A stretch of DNA of 53,897 bases from Clostridia bacterium (lineage in GTDB: Bacteria; Bacillota; Clostridia; Oscillospirales; Acutalibacteraceae): assembly GCA_017383985.1 (NCBI GenBank), contig JAFNUO010000023.1:1-53897 (forward strand), written 5' to 3'. Shown piece by piece: positions 46,160-53,897 of this stretch. The notes below the pieces were generated by a model. That model ran no database searches. It was not told the DNA's origin and saw nothing but the letters and a program-made list of their open reading frames with translations. Every line of letters starts with the position of its first letter. The first letter of the stretch is position 1. The position numbers were made by a program, and so were the translations under genes.

Positions 46160-47485
46160 TCACCTTACCTTCTGTTTAGCGAGCTTCATGCTTTGTACAA
46201 GCGGCCTTGCGGCGGGACAGCCGAACGAACAGCAACCGCATTCCATACAGTTAAGCACGTTAAGCTTTTTAAGTCGGTCGATATCGTTAGTTTTAAGCGC
46301 CTGCTCTACCGATACAGGCATAAGTCTCATAGGACAGTTGTTTATACATTTTCCGCAACGGATACAAGCCGTAGGCGTAGGAAGTTTTGCGTCCTCTTGG
46401 TTAAAAAGCAGAATTGCGTTGGTTTGTTTCATAACGGGGAATTCCGGCGTATATGCCGCCATACCCATCATGGGGCCGCCGTTTATAACCTTTTTCGGGT
46501 CGCATTTTGTTCCGCCCGTAAACTCAACAACGTCGCAAAGGCGCGTTCCGATAGGCGCATAAACGTTCATCGGGTTTTTAACGGCGCTTCCGTCAACGGT
46601 AATTCGCTTTGCTACAAGGGGCATTCCCGTTTTCATGTAACGCGAGATAAAAGCAACCGACGCAATATTCATTACAACGCAGCCGACGTCGGACGGTAGC
46701 TTGCCCGCAGGGACTTTTCGTCCCGTTGCGGAGTAAATCATAACCTTTTCGGCGCCCTGTGGGTATTTTGAAGCAAGCTTCATAATCTTTACGGCGTCGC
46801 CGTCGCGGTCGTCCTTTGCGGCGATTTCGGAAAGAATTCTTATCGCCTCGGGTTTGTTATCCTCAACGCAGATTATAACCCTATCAACGCCGAGCAAGTC
46901 CTTTACTTTATACACGCCGTCAAGGATATCTTCGCTTTTTTCGATACATTCGCGGTAGTCGGCGGTAATATACGGCTCGCATTCGGCGCAGTTAATAATA
47001 AGCGTGTCTATTTTTTTATCCTTAGGCGGAGAAAGCTTTATTGACGCAGGGAAACCCGCGCCGCCAAGGCCTACGAGGCCGCTTTTACGCACGGCGGCAA
47101 TAAAATCGTCGTGATTATTTATTTCGGGAGGAGTTATCGTTTCGTCAACGGCCATTTCGCCGTCCGATTCGATTACTATAAACGGCATCATTTGGCCGGT
47201 TACAATCGGTTTTTCCGAAATTTCAACTACCGTTCCCGAAACCGACGCATGTATCGGCGCGGAAAAGGGTTTATCGGAGTCGGCTATAAGCTGGCCTACC
47301 TTAACGGCGTCTCCCTTTTTAACAACGGGGATACACGGGGCGCCGATATGCTGTTGAACGGGGATATAAACCCGTTCGGGCGGCGGCATTATCACCGTTT
47401 CGCAGTTCATCGTATTTTTTCGATGGGGTGCTTTAACTCCGCCAAGCGGTCTCTTTACAGGTTTTAGCAGGTTGGTTATCTTCAT
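46160..47485 (-). CDS. rnfC: Rnf complex subunit C
   Basis: GLVGLGGAGFP NADH/FMN region and two ferredoxin motifs, CIRCGKCINNCP and CMECGCCSFGCP. Confidence 0.95.
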   Translation of the reverse strand: MKITNLLKPVKRPLGGVKAPHRKNTMNCETVIMPPPERVYIPVQQHIGAPCIPVVKKGDAVKVGQLIADSDKPFSAPIHASVSGTVVEISEKPIVTGQMMPFIVIESDGEMAVDETITPPEINNHDDFIAAVRKSGLVGLGGAGFPASIKLSPPKDKKIDTLIINCAECEPYITADYRECIEKSEDILDGVYKVKDLLGVDRVIICVEDNKPEAIRILSEIAAKDDRDGDAVKIMKLASKYPQGAEKVMIYSATGRKVPAGKLPSDVGCVVMNIASVAFISRYMKTGMPLVAKRITVDGSAVKNPMNVYAPIGTRLCDVVEFTGGTKCDPKKVINGGPMMGMAAYTPEFPVMKQTNAILLFNQEDAKLPTPTACIRCGKCINNCPMRLMPVSVEQALKTNDIDRLKKLNVLNCMECGCCSFGCPAARPLVQSMKLAKQKVR

Positions 47486-48003
47486 AATTTATCTTTTCCT
47501 CCTAAAATGCGGGCTGCATAGGTTGAAGTATATTTCATTATAAGCGAGGTTATACTGCCCGAAATTACGGCAAAAACGATAAGAAAGGGCGCATAGTAAA
47601 ACACGGTATCCCCGACAATAAAAAAGGATACAAAAAGTTGAGCCAAATTATGACTTACGGCGCCCGTTATTCCCAAGGATATAAGGCTTTCCTTTTTATT
47701 TTTCGCAAGCAGGAATATCACAAGCGACGATAAAATTCCGCCGGCGGCGGACATCGCTCCCGCCGTTACCCCCCTTGTTAAAAGGGAGAAAATCCCCTTT
47801 GCAAGCGAGATGAAAACCGACGGAATAAGCATGCCGTTCATTGACAAAAACATGGTTATTATATTCGAAAGTCCGAGCTTTGCCCCCGGCGGCATAAAGG
47901 GAAGCGGCGGTATCATGTTTTCGGCGGCGGAAAGGGCAACCGCTACGGCGGCAAACACGCCGAGCAAAGCCACCCGCTTGGCCGTTATCTTTTTATTTAC
48001 CAT
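47482..48003 (-). CDS. Gx transporter family membrane protein (heptaprenyl diphosphate synthase component I-like)
   Basis: 173 aa with five hydrophobic spans. A PFMPPGAKLGLSNI-type N-terminal motif is typical of the family. The stop overlaps the rnfC start (ATGA). Confidence 0.75.
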   Translation of the reverse strand: MVNKKITAKRVALLGVFAAVAVALSAAENMIPPLPFMPPGAKLGLSNIITMFLSMNGMLIPSVFISLAKGIFSLLTRGVTAGAMSAAGGILSSLVIFLLAKNKKESLISLGITGAVSHNLAQLFVSFFIVGDTVFYYAPFLIVFAVISGSITSLIMKYTSTYAARILGGKDKL

Positions 48004-48347
48004 GTTACACCGTCCGTTTCGCGGTAACCCGAAACCCTTACCGAAACCTTATTCGGCAAGCAAACGGCGGTGTCACCCTTGTTTTTGAGCTTTCCCGTAC
48101 CGACGCAAATTTTATCCTTGCAATCAGATTTTTCAATTCTCGCCGCGCCTTTTTCGATAACAACAACCACTTCGCCGACGGCATATTCGGTGTCGATACT
48201 AAGCGGCAAGGTCGCTTTAAGCTCGCCGTCGGCCATTATCTCGACCGTTTTTCCTTCGTTTTTCGGCATAAAGATAAAAACGCCGCCGAAAACAAGCAAC
48301 GCCGCAACGAGAATTATATCGCTCGGTCGAAAAAAAGGTCGTTTCAT
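47997..48347 (-). CDS. NusG domain II-containing protein (DUF1312)
   Basis: N-terminal TM segment, then ...VEIMADGELKATLPL...CKDKICVGTGKL...AVCLPNKVSVRV. 116 aa. The stop overlaps the Gx start (ATGGTAA). Confidence 0.75.
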   Translation of the reverse strand: MKRPFFRPSDIILVAALLVFGGVFIFMPKNEGKTVEIMADGELKATLPLSIDTEYAVGEVVVVIEKGAARIEKSDCKDKICVGTGKLKNKGDTAVCLPNKVSVRVSGYRETDGVTW

Positions 48348-48357
48348 AGCAAAAATC

Positions 48358-49347
48358 CTATTTTAAAACATAATCGTTATTTATAAGCGTAAATTTATCG
48401 CTTAGCCCGTCGGTTACAAAAATTTCGTTTTTCGACGTAACAAAAACGGCGTCGGCTCCGTAGCTTTTGAGCAGCTCGGTCGATTTTTCCTTACCCAAAA
48501 TAAAGCAGGCGGTTGACAACGCGTCGGACATGGCGCCGCTTTTTGCGACGACGGTGACGCTTTTTAGCTCACTTATCAAGGGGTATCCCGTTTTTGCGTC
48601 GAAAATATGATGATACTTTTTGCCGTCCTTTTCAAAAAAGCGTTCTTCGCTGCCCGACGTGGAAATAAAAGCGGTTGTATCAAATTTAAGCGAGCCTAAA
48701 CTGTTGTTTATATTGCCCGGGGTCGCGATATCAACGGTAAATCCGCCGTTTTTTTGTCCGAAGCAAAGAATACTTCCGCCGACCGAAACAACAGCGGCGT
48801 CGGCTCCGTTTGATTTAAGCAAATCATAAACTTTGTCGCAGGCGTAGCCCTTTCCGACCGAGCCAAAATCAAGCGCCGCCGACGGGTTAGACAGGGTTAC
48901 GTTATCCCCCGAAACAAAAATTTCGCAGTCGCATTTTTTGAGCGCCGCTGAAATATCAACCTCGCTCGGCAAATCGGCTTTTTCGGTACCTATTCCCCAC
49001 AAATCGCAAAGTTCACGCAACGTAAGTGAATAGCGACCGTCGGTTGCTTTACAAACGGGCAAAAGCTCGCCAATAAGCTCCGCCGCCGTTGGCGCAAAAA
49101 TTTCATTTCCGCCGGCGGCGTTAATTTTGGCCGTTTCGCTTGATTTAACGTTCCACGAAATTTTATTTTCGGTCGCCGTTATTTCTCTTAAAGCCGCCGA
49201 AGCGTTATTTTCGCTTTCCTTTCCATAGACGGTAACGCTTACCATTGTATTCATGGCGAAACCGTCTAATCGGTAGCCGCTTGTATTGCCGCAAGAGCAA
49301 AAAGCAAGGCAAACCGACAAAATTACAGTTAAAATTCTTAGTTTCAA
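48358..49347 (-). CDS. apbE: FAD:protein FMN transferase ApbE
   Basis: Pattern AMNTMVSVTVYG...GSVGKGYA...VSVGGS...TSG typical of ApbE. I prefer the TTG start at 49347 (aggagag RBS 5 nt upstream), which gives MKLRILTVILSVCLAFCSCGN. The track start at 49392 would overlap the upstream HAD gene. Confidence 0.88.
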   Translation of the reverse strand: MKLRILTVILSVCLAFCSCGNTSGYRLDGFAMNTMVSVTVYGKESENNASAALREITATENKISWNVKSSETAKINAAGGNEIFAPTAAELIGELLPVCKATDGRYSLTLRELCDLWGIGTEKADLPSEVDISAALKKCDCEIFVSGDNVTLSNPSAALDFGSVGKGYACDKVYDLLKSNGADAAVVSVGGSILCFGQKNGGFTVDIATPGNINNSLGSLKFDTTAFISTSGSEERFFEKDGKKYHHIFDAKTGYPLISELKSVTVVAKSGAMSDALSTACFILGKEKSTELLKSYGADAVFVTSKNEIFVTDGLSDKFTLINNDYVLK

Positions 49348-49375
49348 CTTTACTCTCCTATTGTAGCATTTTATG

Positions 49376-50185
49376 CTATGCTTTTTCAACACATTGGAGC
49401 AAAAACTTCGCTACTCCGTCCTCGGTATTTTTTTCAATTACAATATCGGCGGCGTTTTTTACCTCGTCGCATGCGTTTCCGACGGCAACGCTTACGTCGG
49501 CCGCCTCGAACATTCCGAGGTCGTTATAATTGTCGCCGAACGCAACAATTTTTTCGTATCCCATTTGACGTAAAAGCTCTATACCCGCTTTTTTATTTGC
49601 TTTTGCGAAAAAAACCTCCAAAAAATAATAGTCGGAATAATTATCGGCGTAAAGCACATAGTCGGCGCCGTCAATTTTCTCAACGCGGTCGGCTATTTTT
49701 CGTAAAAGGTCGTAACGGTTAACTCGATTTATGTATATTACGTTATCGCAGTTGTAATTTTCAACCGTACTGTATACCTTAAAAAGCTTTTTACGGCGTT
49801 CAAAAAATTCGGTTTCGTAATCGGTCGGGTCTTTGCCAAATTGGATATCAATATCGTCGGTGTAGGAATAAACGTTCGGGTCGCAGCCCTCGGCGCGAAA
49901 GGCGTCAATTACCTTTTCAGCAACGCCGTCGGGATAGCGGAAAACGTTTACCGCCCTTTTATCGGCCAATTCGTAAAGAAAAACACCGTTCATAAGCACG
50001 GCCGGCGCGCTTGTTTTAAGCCCCTTTGTCACTTCCCCCGCCGAACCGTAGGAACGGGCGGTTGCAAGCGTAAAATTCATTCCCCCGTCGACAAGGCGGT
50101 TAATTGTGTCGCGGGTAAAGTCGCTAAGCTTTGCGCCGTCGCCAAGAAGCGTTCCGTCAAGGTCGGTTATATAAAGGGTTTTCAT
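49376..50185 (-). CDS. Cof-type HAD-IIB family hydrolase
   Basis: MKTLYITDLDGTLL motif I and FGDNYNDLGMF motif III/IV. I moved the start to the ATG at 50185, which overlaps the ABC-F stop (ATGA). Confidence 0.88.
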   Translation of the reverse strand: MKTLYITDLDGTLLGDGAKLSDFTRDTINRLVDGGMNFTLATARSYGSAGEVTKGLKTSAPAVLMNGVFLYELADKRAVNVFRYPDGVAEKVIDAFRAEGCDPNVYSYTDDIDIQFGKDPTDYETEFFERRKKLFKVYSTVENYNCDNVIYINRVNRYDLLRKIADRVEKIDGADYVLYADNYSDYYFLEVFFAKANKKAGIELLRQMGYEKIVAFGDNYNDLGMFEAADVSVAVGNACDEVKNAADIVIEKNTEDGVAKFLLQCVEKA

Positions 50186-52071
50186 TGGCAATTCTCCAAC
50201 TCCTCCGTCGCCTCGGTCCATTGGTTAAGCTTTTGTTCCATTTCGGTTTCAAGCTCGGCAAGGCGTTCGGTGATTTCGATAGTTTTTTTATAATCGGCGG
50301 CTACCTCCTCCGACAAAAGCTCGTCGTTAAGCTTGGTCGTTTCGCTTTCGATTTCGGCAAGGCGGGCTTCAAGGTTTGTTATACTTGTGCGAAGCTTTCT
50401 CATTTTTGACTGCTGTTCTTTTTTCTCTTTATAACTAAGTCCGCCGCTGCCCATAACCTTTTGAGCTTTTTGTTCCTCCACGGGCGGTTTCCGTTTTTCA
50501 AGATAGTAGTCGTAGTTCCCGCGATATTCAAGCACCTCGCCGTTTTCCATCGACCATATTTTGTCGCCAAGTCGGTTTATAAATCGGCGGTCGTGCGACA
50601 CGATAAGCATCGTTCCGTCAAAGGCAAGCAACGCGTCCTCAAGCGCCGTTCTTGAGTAAATATCGAGGTGGTTGGTCGGCTCGTCAAGAAGAAGGAAATT
50701 CGCCCCCGAAAGCATAAGCTTAAGTATTGCGAGCTTTGCTCTTTCGCCGCCCGACAAATCGCCAACCTTTTTAAACACGTCGTCGCCGCGAAAACGGAAA
50801 AGGGCAAGGGCGTTTTGGATTTCGGTACGGGTCATGTTGCGGTGCTCGTCCCAAATTTCGTCAAGCGCGGTTTTTTCGTCGTGCAAGGTGCGCTGGGTTT
50901 GGTCAAAATAGCCGCATTTTACCCCTGCGCCAAAACGCACCCCGGTACCTGCCATGATTTCTCGGATAAGGGTGGTTTTTCCGCAACCGTTTGCTCCGAG
51001 CAAAAATACCCTCTCGCCACGCAAAATGTCAAGCCTTACGTCCTTATAAAGTACGCGGTCGCCGTATGCTTTTGTGGCGCCGTTTATGTGCAAAACCTCG
51101 TTGCCCGTAACGTTTTGGGGCGTAAATTTAAAGTGAATGTCGCTGTTTTCAATAATCGGCTTGTGCAAGGTTTCGCGCAGACGGTCGACCTGCTTTTGCT
51201 TTGAGTCGGCGGTGCGAATGTTGCGCTCCTTGTTCCATCGGTGTTGTTGCTCGATAATGCCCTCTATGCGCTCAATTTCTTTCATGGTATTTTCGTATTC
51301 GCGCATTTCCGATTCGACACGTATCGCTTTTAATTTCATATATTCGGAATAATTTCCGTTGGTTACAAAAACTCGGCCACCCTCTATTTCGGCGGTGCGG
51401 TTGGTAACCGCGTCAAGAAAATATCGGTCGTGGGACACGATTACGGCGGCGCCTTTATAACTACGCAAATAATCCTCAAGCCATTCGCAGGAGGCGGTGT
51501 CAAGATGGTTTGTCGGCTCGTCAAGCAAAAGTAAATCGCTTGGCGCAAGAAGCAGCTTGGCCAGCGAAATTTTCGATAACTGGCCGCCCGAAAGCGAGGT
51601 AAGCGGCAAATTCATTTGCTCGTCGGTTAGTCCCAAGCCGATAAGCGCCGAACGGGTGCGGCTTTTATAGGTTAATCCGCCCGAAAGCTGATACTTTTCC
51701 TGTAACTCGTTATGGCGGTTAATTGCGTCGTGAGAATGGTCGGTTTCAAGGCGCTTTTCGGCGGCAAGCAGGGCGTTTTCGGTTTCGATTAAATCTTCAA
51801 AAACCGACAACGCCTCCTCGTATCCCGTAACCGAGCCTTTTGCGGCAACCATTTGACGCATATATCCGACTCGTAGCCCTTTTGAACGGACTACGGCGCC
51901 TCCGTCGGGGTCGGTTTGGCCCGTCAGGATACGGAAAAGGGTGGTTTTGCCGGCGCCATTAGGCCCGATAAAACCAAATTTATCGTTGTCTTTTATTTCA
52001 AACGTAACGTCGGAGAAAAGGGTATCTCCGCCGAAGCTTTTTGCTATTTTATCAACCGAAAGAATTACCAT
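50182..52071 (-). CDS. ABC-F family ATPase (translation factor type, two NBDs + C-terminal coiled coil)
   Basis: Two Walker A motifs (GPNGAGKTT, GANGCGKTT), two LSGG signatures (LSGGQLSKISLA, LSGGERAKLAIL), no TM segments, and an E/K-rich coiled-coil tail. Confidence 0.93.
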   Translation of the reverse strand: MVILSVDKIAKSFGGDTLFSDVTFEIKDNDKFGFIGPNGAGKTTLFRILTGQTDPDGGAVVRSKGLRVGYMRQMVAAKGSVTGYEEALSVFEDLIETENALLAAEKRLETDHSHDAINRHNELQEKYQLSGGLTYKSRTRSALIGLGLTDEQMNLPLTSLSGGQLSKISLAKLLLAPSDLLLLDEPTNHLDTASCEWLEDYLRSYKGAAVIVSHDRYFLDAVTNRTAEIEGGRVFVTNGNYSEYMKLKAIRVESEMREYENTMKEIERIEGIIEQQHRWNKERNIRTADSKQKQVDRLRETLHKPIIENSDIHFKFTPQNVTGNEVLHINGATKAYGDRVLYKDVRLDILRGERVFLLGANGCGKTTLIREIMAGTGVRFGAGVKCGYFDQTQRTLHDEKTALDEIWDEHRNMTRTEIQNALALFRFRGDDVFKKVGDLSGGERAKLAILKLMLSGANFLLLDEPTNHLDIYSRTALEDALLAFDGTMLIVSHDRRFINRLGDKIWSMENGEVLEYRGNYDYYLEKRKPPVEEQKAQKVMGSGGLSYKEKKEQQSKMRKLRTSITNLEARLAEIESETTKLNDELLSEEVAADYKKTIEITERLAELETEMEQKLNQWTEATEELENCQ

Positions 52072-52101
52072 CTCATGCGTCCTTTTTTGATTATTAAATT
52101 C

Positions 52102-52130
52102 ATTTTACCACATCGTTTTCAATATAACAA
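52102..52130 (-). promoter_or_regulatory. Putative ABC-F promoter (short leader)
   Basis: On the minus strand: TTGTTA, 17 nt, TGgTAAAAT. This leaves only about 25 nt of leader before the ATG. Confidence 0.5.
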
Positions 52131-52172
52131 TACGCTCATCGCACCCTATTTTATATTTTTTTAAAAAAATGC

Positions 52173-52201
52173 TTGCATTTATTCGCAAGTTGTGATATTA
52201 T
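52173..52201 (+). promoter_or_regulatory. Putative tRNA-Arg promoter
   Basis: TTGCAT, 17 nt, TATTAT, ending 20 nt before the tRNA 5-prime end. Confidence 0.55.
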
Positions 52202-52221
52202 ACTTTGGCACGAATAAATAT

Positions 52222-52298
52222 GCGCTTGTAGCTCAGCTGGATAGAGTGACTGGCTACGAACCAGTAGGTCAGGGGTTCGAGTCCCTTCAAGCGCGCCA
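52222..52298 (+). tRNA. tRNA-Arg (anticodon ACG), CCA encoded
   Basis: Cloverleaf read by hand: acceptor gcgcttg/caagcgc, D-arm gctc-agctggata-gagt, anticodon arm actgg-CTACGAA-ccagt, variable aggtc, T-arm agggg-ttcgagt-ccctt, discriminator g, CCA. Confidence 0.95.
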
Positions 52299-52378
52299 TA
52301 TAAAAGACGTACCTTTTCGGTACGTCTGTGATATTTGTGTGAAACTCATGGGACTCGAACCCTGAGAGTGTGAGCGGC
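52281..52378 (+). repeat. Direct repeat copy A (98 bp; tRNA 3-prime 18 nt plus 80 nt trailer)
   Basis: Aligned by hand to 52476-52573 with offset 195. There are 4 substitutions, at A positions 52328, 52330, 52347 and 52369. Confidence 0.9.
52305..52327. terminator. Hairpin after tRNA-Arg (repeated at 52500-52522)
   Basis: Stem agacgtacc / ggtacgtct with loop ttttc. A plus-strand T-run follows only copy B (cttttat). In the minus-strand reading both copies are followed by ttttat. Confidence 0.5.
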
Positions 52379-52475
52379 GTTAAAAAACAGTCCGGTGTGA
52401 CTGTTTTTAGCCGCGAAGTCCGCAGCGGCTATGCCGCAAGGATGCCAGACGCACGACAAAGTCAAGTGCGGCTGT

Positions 52476-52573
52476 GTCCCTTCAAGCGCGCCATATAAAA
52501 GACGTACCTTTTCGGTACGTCTTTTATATTTGTGTGAAACTTATGGGACTCGAACCCTGAGAGGGTGAGCGGC
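52476..52573 (+). repeat. Direct repeat copy B (98 bp)
   Basis: Contains gtcccttcaagcgcgcca (a tRNA 3-prime end without a tRNA body), the hairpin agacgtacc/ggtacgtct and the T-arm-like inverted segment gggactcgaaccc. Confidence 0.9.
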
Positions 52574-52604
52574 TTTTCAACAAATCGTATCCTCACGCGG
52601 TAAA

Positions 52605-52653
52605 AAAATAAAAACCGATACCTAATCTTGTTCAAAACAGGGTATCGGTTTTT
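52605..52653 (-). terminator. Terminator of the AbrB-like gene
   Basis: Stem aaaccgatacc / ggtatcggttt with an 18-nt loop. The A-rich run on the plus strand gives the T-run on the minus strand. Confidence 0.6.
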
Positions 52654-52658
52654 ATATT

Positions 52659-52859
52659 TTATCCATTTTTGTCACCTTGACAGTTAACTTCTTGTTTGCG
52701 TATTATTTCCACTCCCGGAATACGGATTAATATTCCTTCGTCAGTTCCAAGCATCTCAACAACGTCGTTTTTTTCGATACAGTACAACTTTCTTAATTCG
52801 ACGGGAAGGACAATACGGCCAAGATTATCAACCGGTCGAGTAATTCCGATTTTCATCAT
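52659..52859 (-). CDS. AbrB-family transition-state-regulator-like DNA-binding protein
   Basis: MMKIGITRPVDNLGRIVLPVELRKLYCIEKNDVVEM aligns by eye with the AbrB N-terminus (GIVRKVDELGRVVIPIELRRTLGI). 66 aa. Confidence 0.85.
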   Translation of the reverse strand: MMKIGITRPVDNLGRIVLPVELRKLYCIEKNDVVEMLGTDEGILIRIPGVEIIRKQEVNCQGDKNG

Positions 52860-53025
52860 TTTTCAACTCCTTTCATCTTTACTGTTTCTTATATGCCAAT
52901 ATTAGCACAAACTGAATGGTGAAAATTGTCGAATTGTGTTGTCAATGTAAAAAAAGTTGGTAAATTTAGGTAATTTAATGATTTCTTAATAAAAATTTTT
53001 TCGTATATTGCGATTATGTCGATAT

Positions 53026-53054
53026 GTTGACGATTAAGACGCAATGTATTATAA
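53026..53054 (+). promoter_or_regulatory. Putative promoter of the lipoprotein gene
   Basis: TTGACG, 17 nt, TATAAT. Confidence 0.55.
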
Positions 53055-53103
53055 TACTAAACATAGGGTTAATTCTTTAATATAATTTTAGGGAGAGAAA
53101 ATT

Positions 53104-53640
53104 ATGAAAAAAACATTAGTTAAAATCCTTGCATTTTGCCTTGTTGTTATGTTCGCCATTTCTGCGACCGGTTGCTTCGGTTCATCAAGCAGCGGCGGTA
53201 ACAATATCGGCGGTAACATCGGCGGCAACATCGGCGCAACCACATCGGCAACCCCGAACAACGCCACCGATTTTGGTGACATCGCTATTTCAATCAAGTC
53301 TTGCGAAATAACAACCGATTCCGCCGGTAAAGACATCGCAATCGTTACATACGGTTTCACAAACAACGATTATGACACCGGCATGTCCTTCTTTGCGTGC
53401 GTTAACGATTCGGTTTCGCAAAACGGCGTTGAGCTCACTGAATCAAACGCGCTTAAGGGTCAGTTTGATTTGTTTAACCCCGACGAAGTTAAACAGGTTG
53501 CTAAGGGCGAAACCATCGACGTAAAGGTTGCCTACGAGCTTCAGGATACCGTTTCTAACATTACCGTTAAAGCAAGCAAAACCGTTTCCATTGCAGGCGA
53601 AAACTCTACCGTTACTCAGGTTTTTACAATCGAGCAATAA
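53104..53640 (+). CDS. Lipoprotein, DUF5067/DUF4352-like Ig-fold domain
   Basis: Lipobox ISATGC after the signal peptide, a G/S/N-rich linker (GGNNIGGNIGGNIG), then IAISIKSCEITTDSAGKDIAIVTYGFTNN...VSQNGVEL. Confidence 0.8.
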   Translation: MKKTLVKILAFCLVVMFAISATGCFGSSSSGGNNIGGNIGGNIGATTSATPNNATDFGDIAISIKSCEITTDSAGKDIAIVTYGFTNNDYDTGMSFFACVNDSVSQNGVELTESNALKGQFDLFNPDEVKQVAKGETIDVKVAYELQDTVSNITVKASKTVSIAGENSTVTQVFTIEQ

Positions 53641-53657
53641 AAAATTTTAATTACAAC

Positions 53658-53692
53658 AAAAGAGCCGCAGGAATTAATCCTGCGGCTCTTAA
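53658..53692. terminator. Bidirectional terminator
   Basis: Stem agagccgcagga / tcctgcggctct with a 5-nt loop, between convergent genes. Confidence 0.75.
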
Positions 53693-53702
53693 TTTATTTT
53701 TA

Positions 53703-53897
53703 TTAGTTTTCTTCTTCAAAATACGGCATAGCCATAAGCTCGTCGTCAATCGCCTTAATTTGGGTAAGCATGATATTATAAGATAACCGTAAAGCATCCT
53801 GTTCTTCCTATCGACCACCCACTGAAGGGCATAGTCAAAATCCTTGTTGACATCATCATAATATATGGTCTGTACAAGCTGCGAAGACTTCATGTCC
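53703..53897 (-). pseudogene. Edge-truncated minus-strand gene with an apparent frame break
   Basis: The frame from ATG-53893 (MKSSQLVQTIYYDDVNKDFDYALQWVVDRKNRMLYGYLII) continues as basic low-complexity sequence straight through the terminator hairpin. A second frame gives (M)LTQIKAIDDELMAMPYFEEEN-stop at 53703-53705, just before the terminator. Confidence 0.3.

Noticed and set aside
50182-52130. ABC-F as an inducible antibiotic-resistance (ARE) factor with a leader-peptide attenuator.
   Set aside because: The predicted promoter leaves only about 25 nt of leader, with no room for a leader ORF or an attenuator hairpin. The gene is also translationally coupled to housekeeping genes. It is more likely a general ABC-F translation factor. 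Class assignment needs a phylogeny.
52340-52425. A possible minus-strand tRNA or tRNA pseudogene, suggested by the inverted T-arm sequence gggttcgagtccc.
   Set aside because: I could not build an acceptor stem, a D-arm or an anticodon arm around it. Only the 13-nt core matches. It is reported as part of the repeat finding instead.

Overview
This is a 53.9-kb chromosomal window from a Gram-positive anaerobe of the class Clostridia. I infer an Oscillospiraceae/Ruminococcus-like cellulosome or amylosome producer. Two giant secreted proteins end in type-I dockerin modules. The window also carries the Bacillus-type yabM-mazG-yabO-yabP-yabQ-divIC-yabR sporulation/division cluster, HemZ, a split class-I fumarase subunit and an rnfCDGEAB operon. 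I count about 52 protein genes and one tRNA (Arg-ACG). I found no rRNA, CRISPR array, transposase, integrase or recombinase. Most of the window is minus-strand housekeeping: groES-groEL behind a perfect CIRCE operator, a lipid kinase, a THUMP methyltransferase, HU, recJ-relA-dtd-MBL-hemZ, and an ABC-F factor. The ABC-F factor heads a tightly packed block of HAD, apbE, DUF1312, Gx transporter and rnfCDGEAB. Eight segments are less ordinary. (1) A 98-bp imperfect direct repeat starts inside the 3-prime end of tRNA-Arg. (2) An AT-rich three-gene island (AbrB-like regulator plus ABC-2 exporter) sits between a radical-SAM gene and rnfB. (3) A dockerin protein is built from unassigned ~130-aa modules and Cys-motif repeats. 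(4) A SLOG/DUF2493 gene faces a 57-aa Arc/RHH gene that the ORF track missed. (5) An uncalled 53-aa DUF3006-like ORF lies upstream of a RelQ-type alarmone synthetase. (6) A MacB-type fused ABC transporter has a very large extracytoplasmic domain. (7) A plus-strand promoter and terminator pair may define a small RNA. (8) An N-terminally short AraC gene abuts a divergent gene with only 9 bp between them. I cannot point to one unambiguous novel system. The strongest candidates are ranked in the findings. All product calls rest on motif recognition by eye, with no database search.
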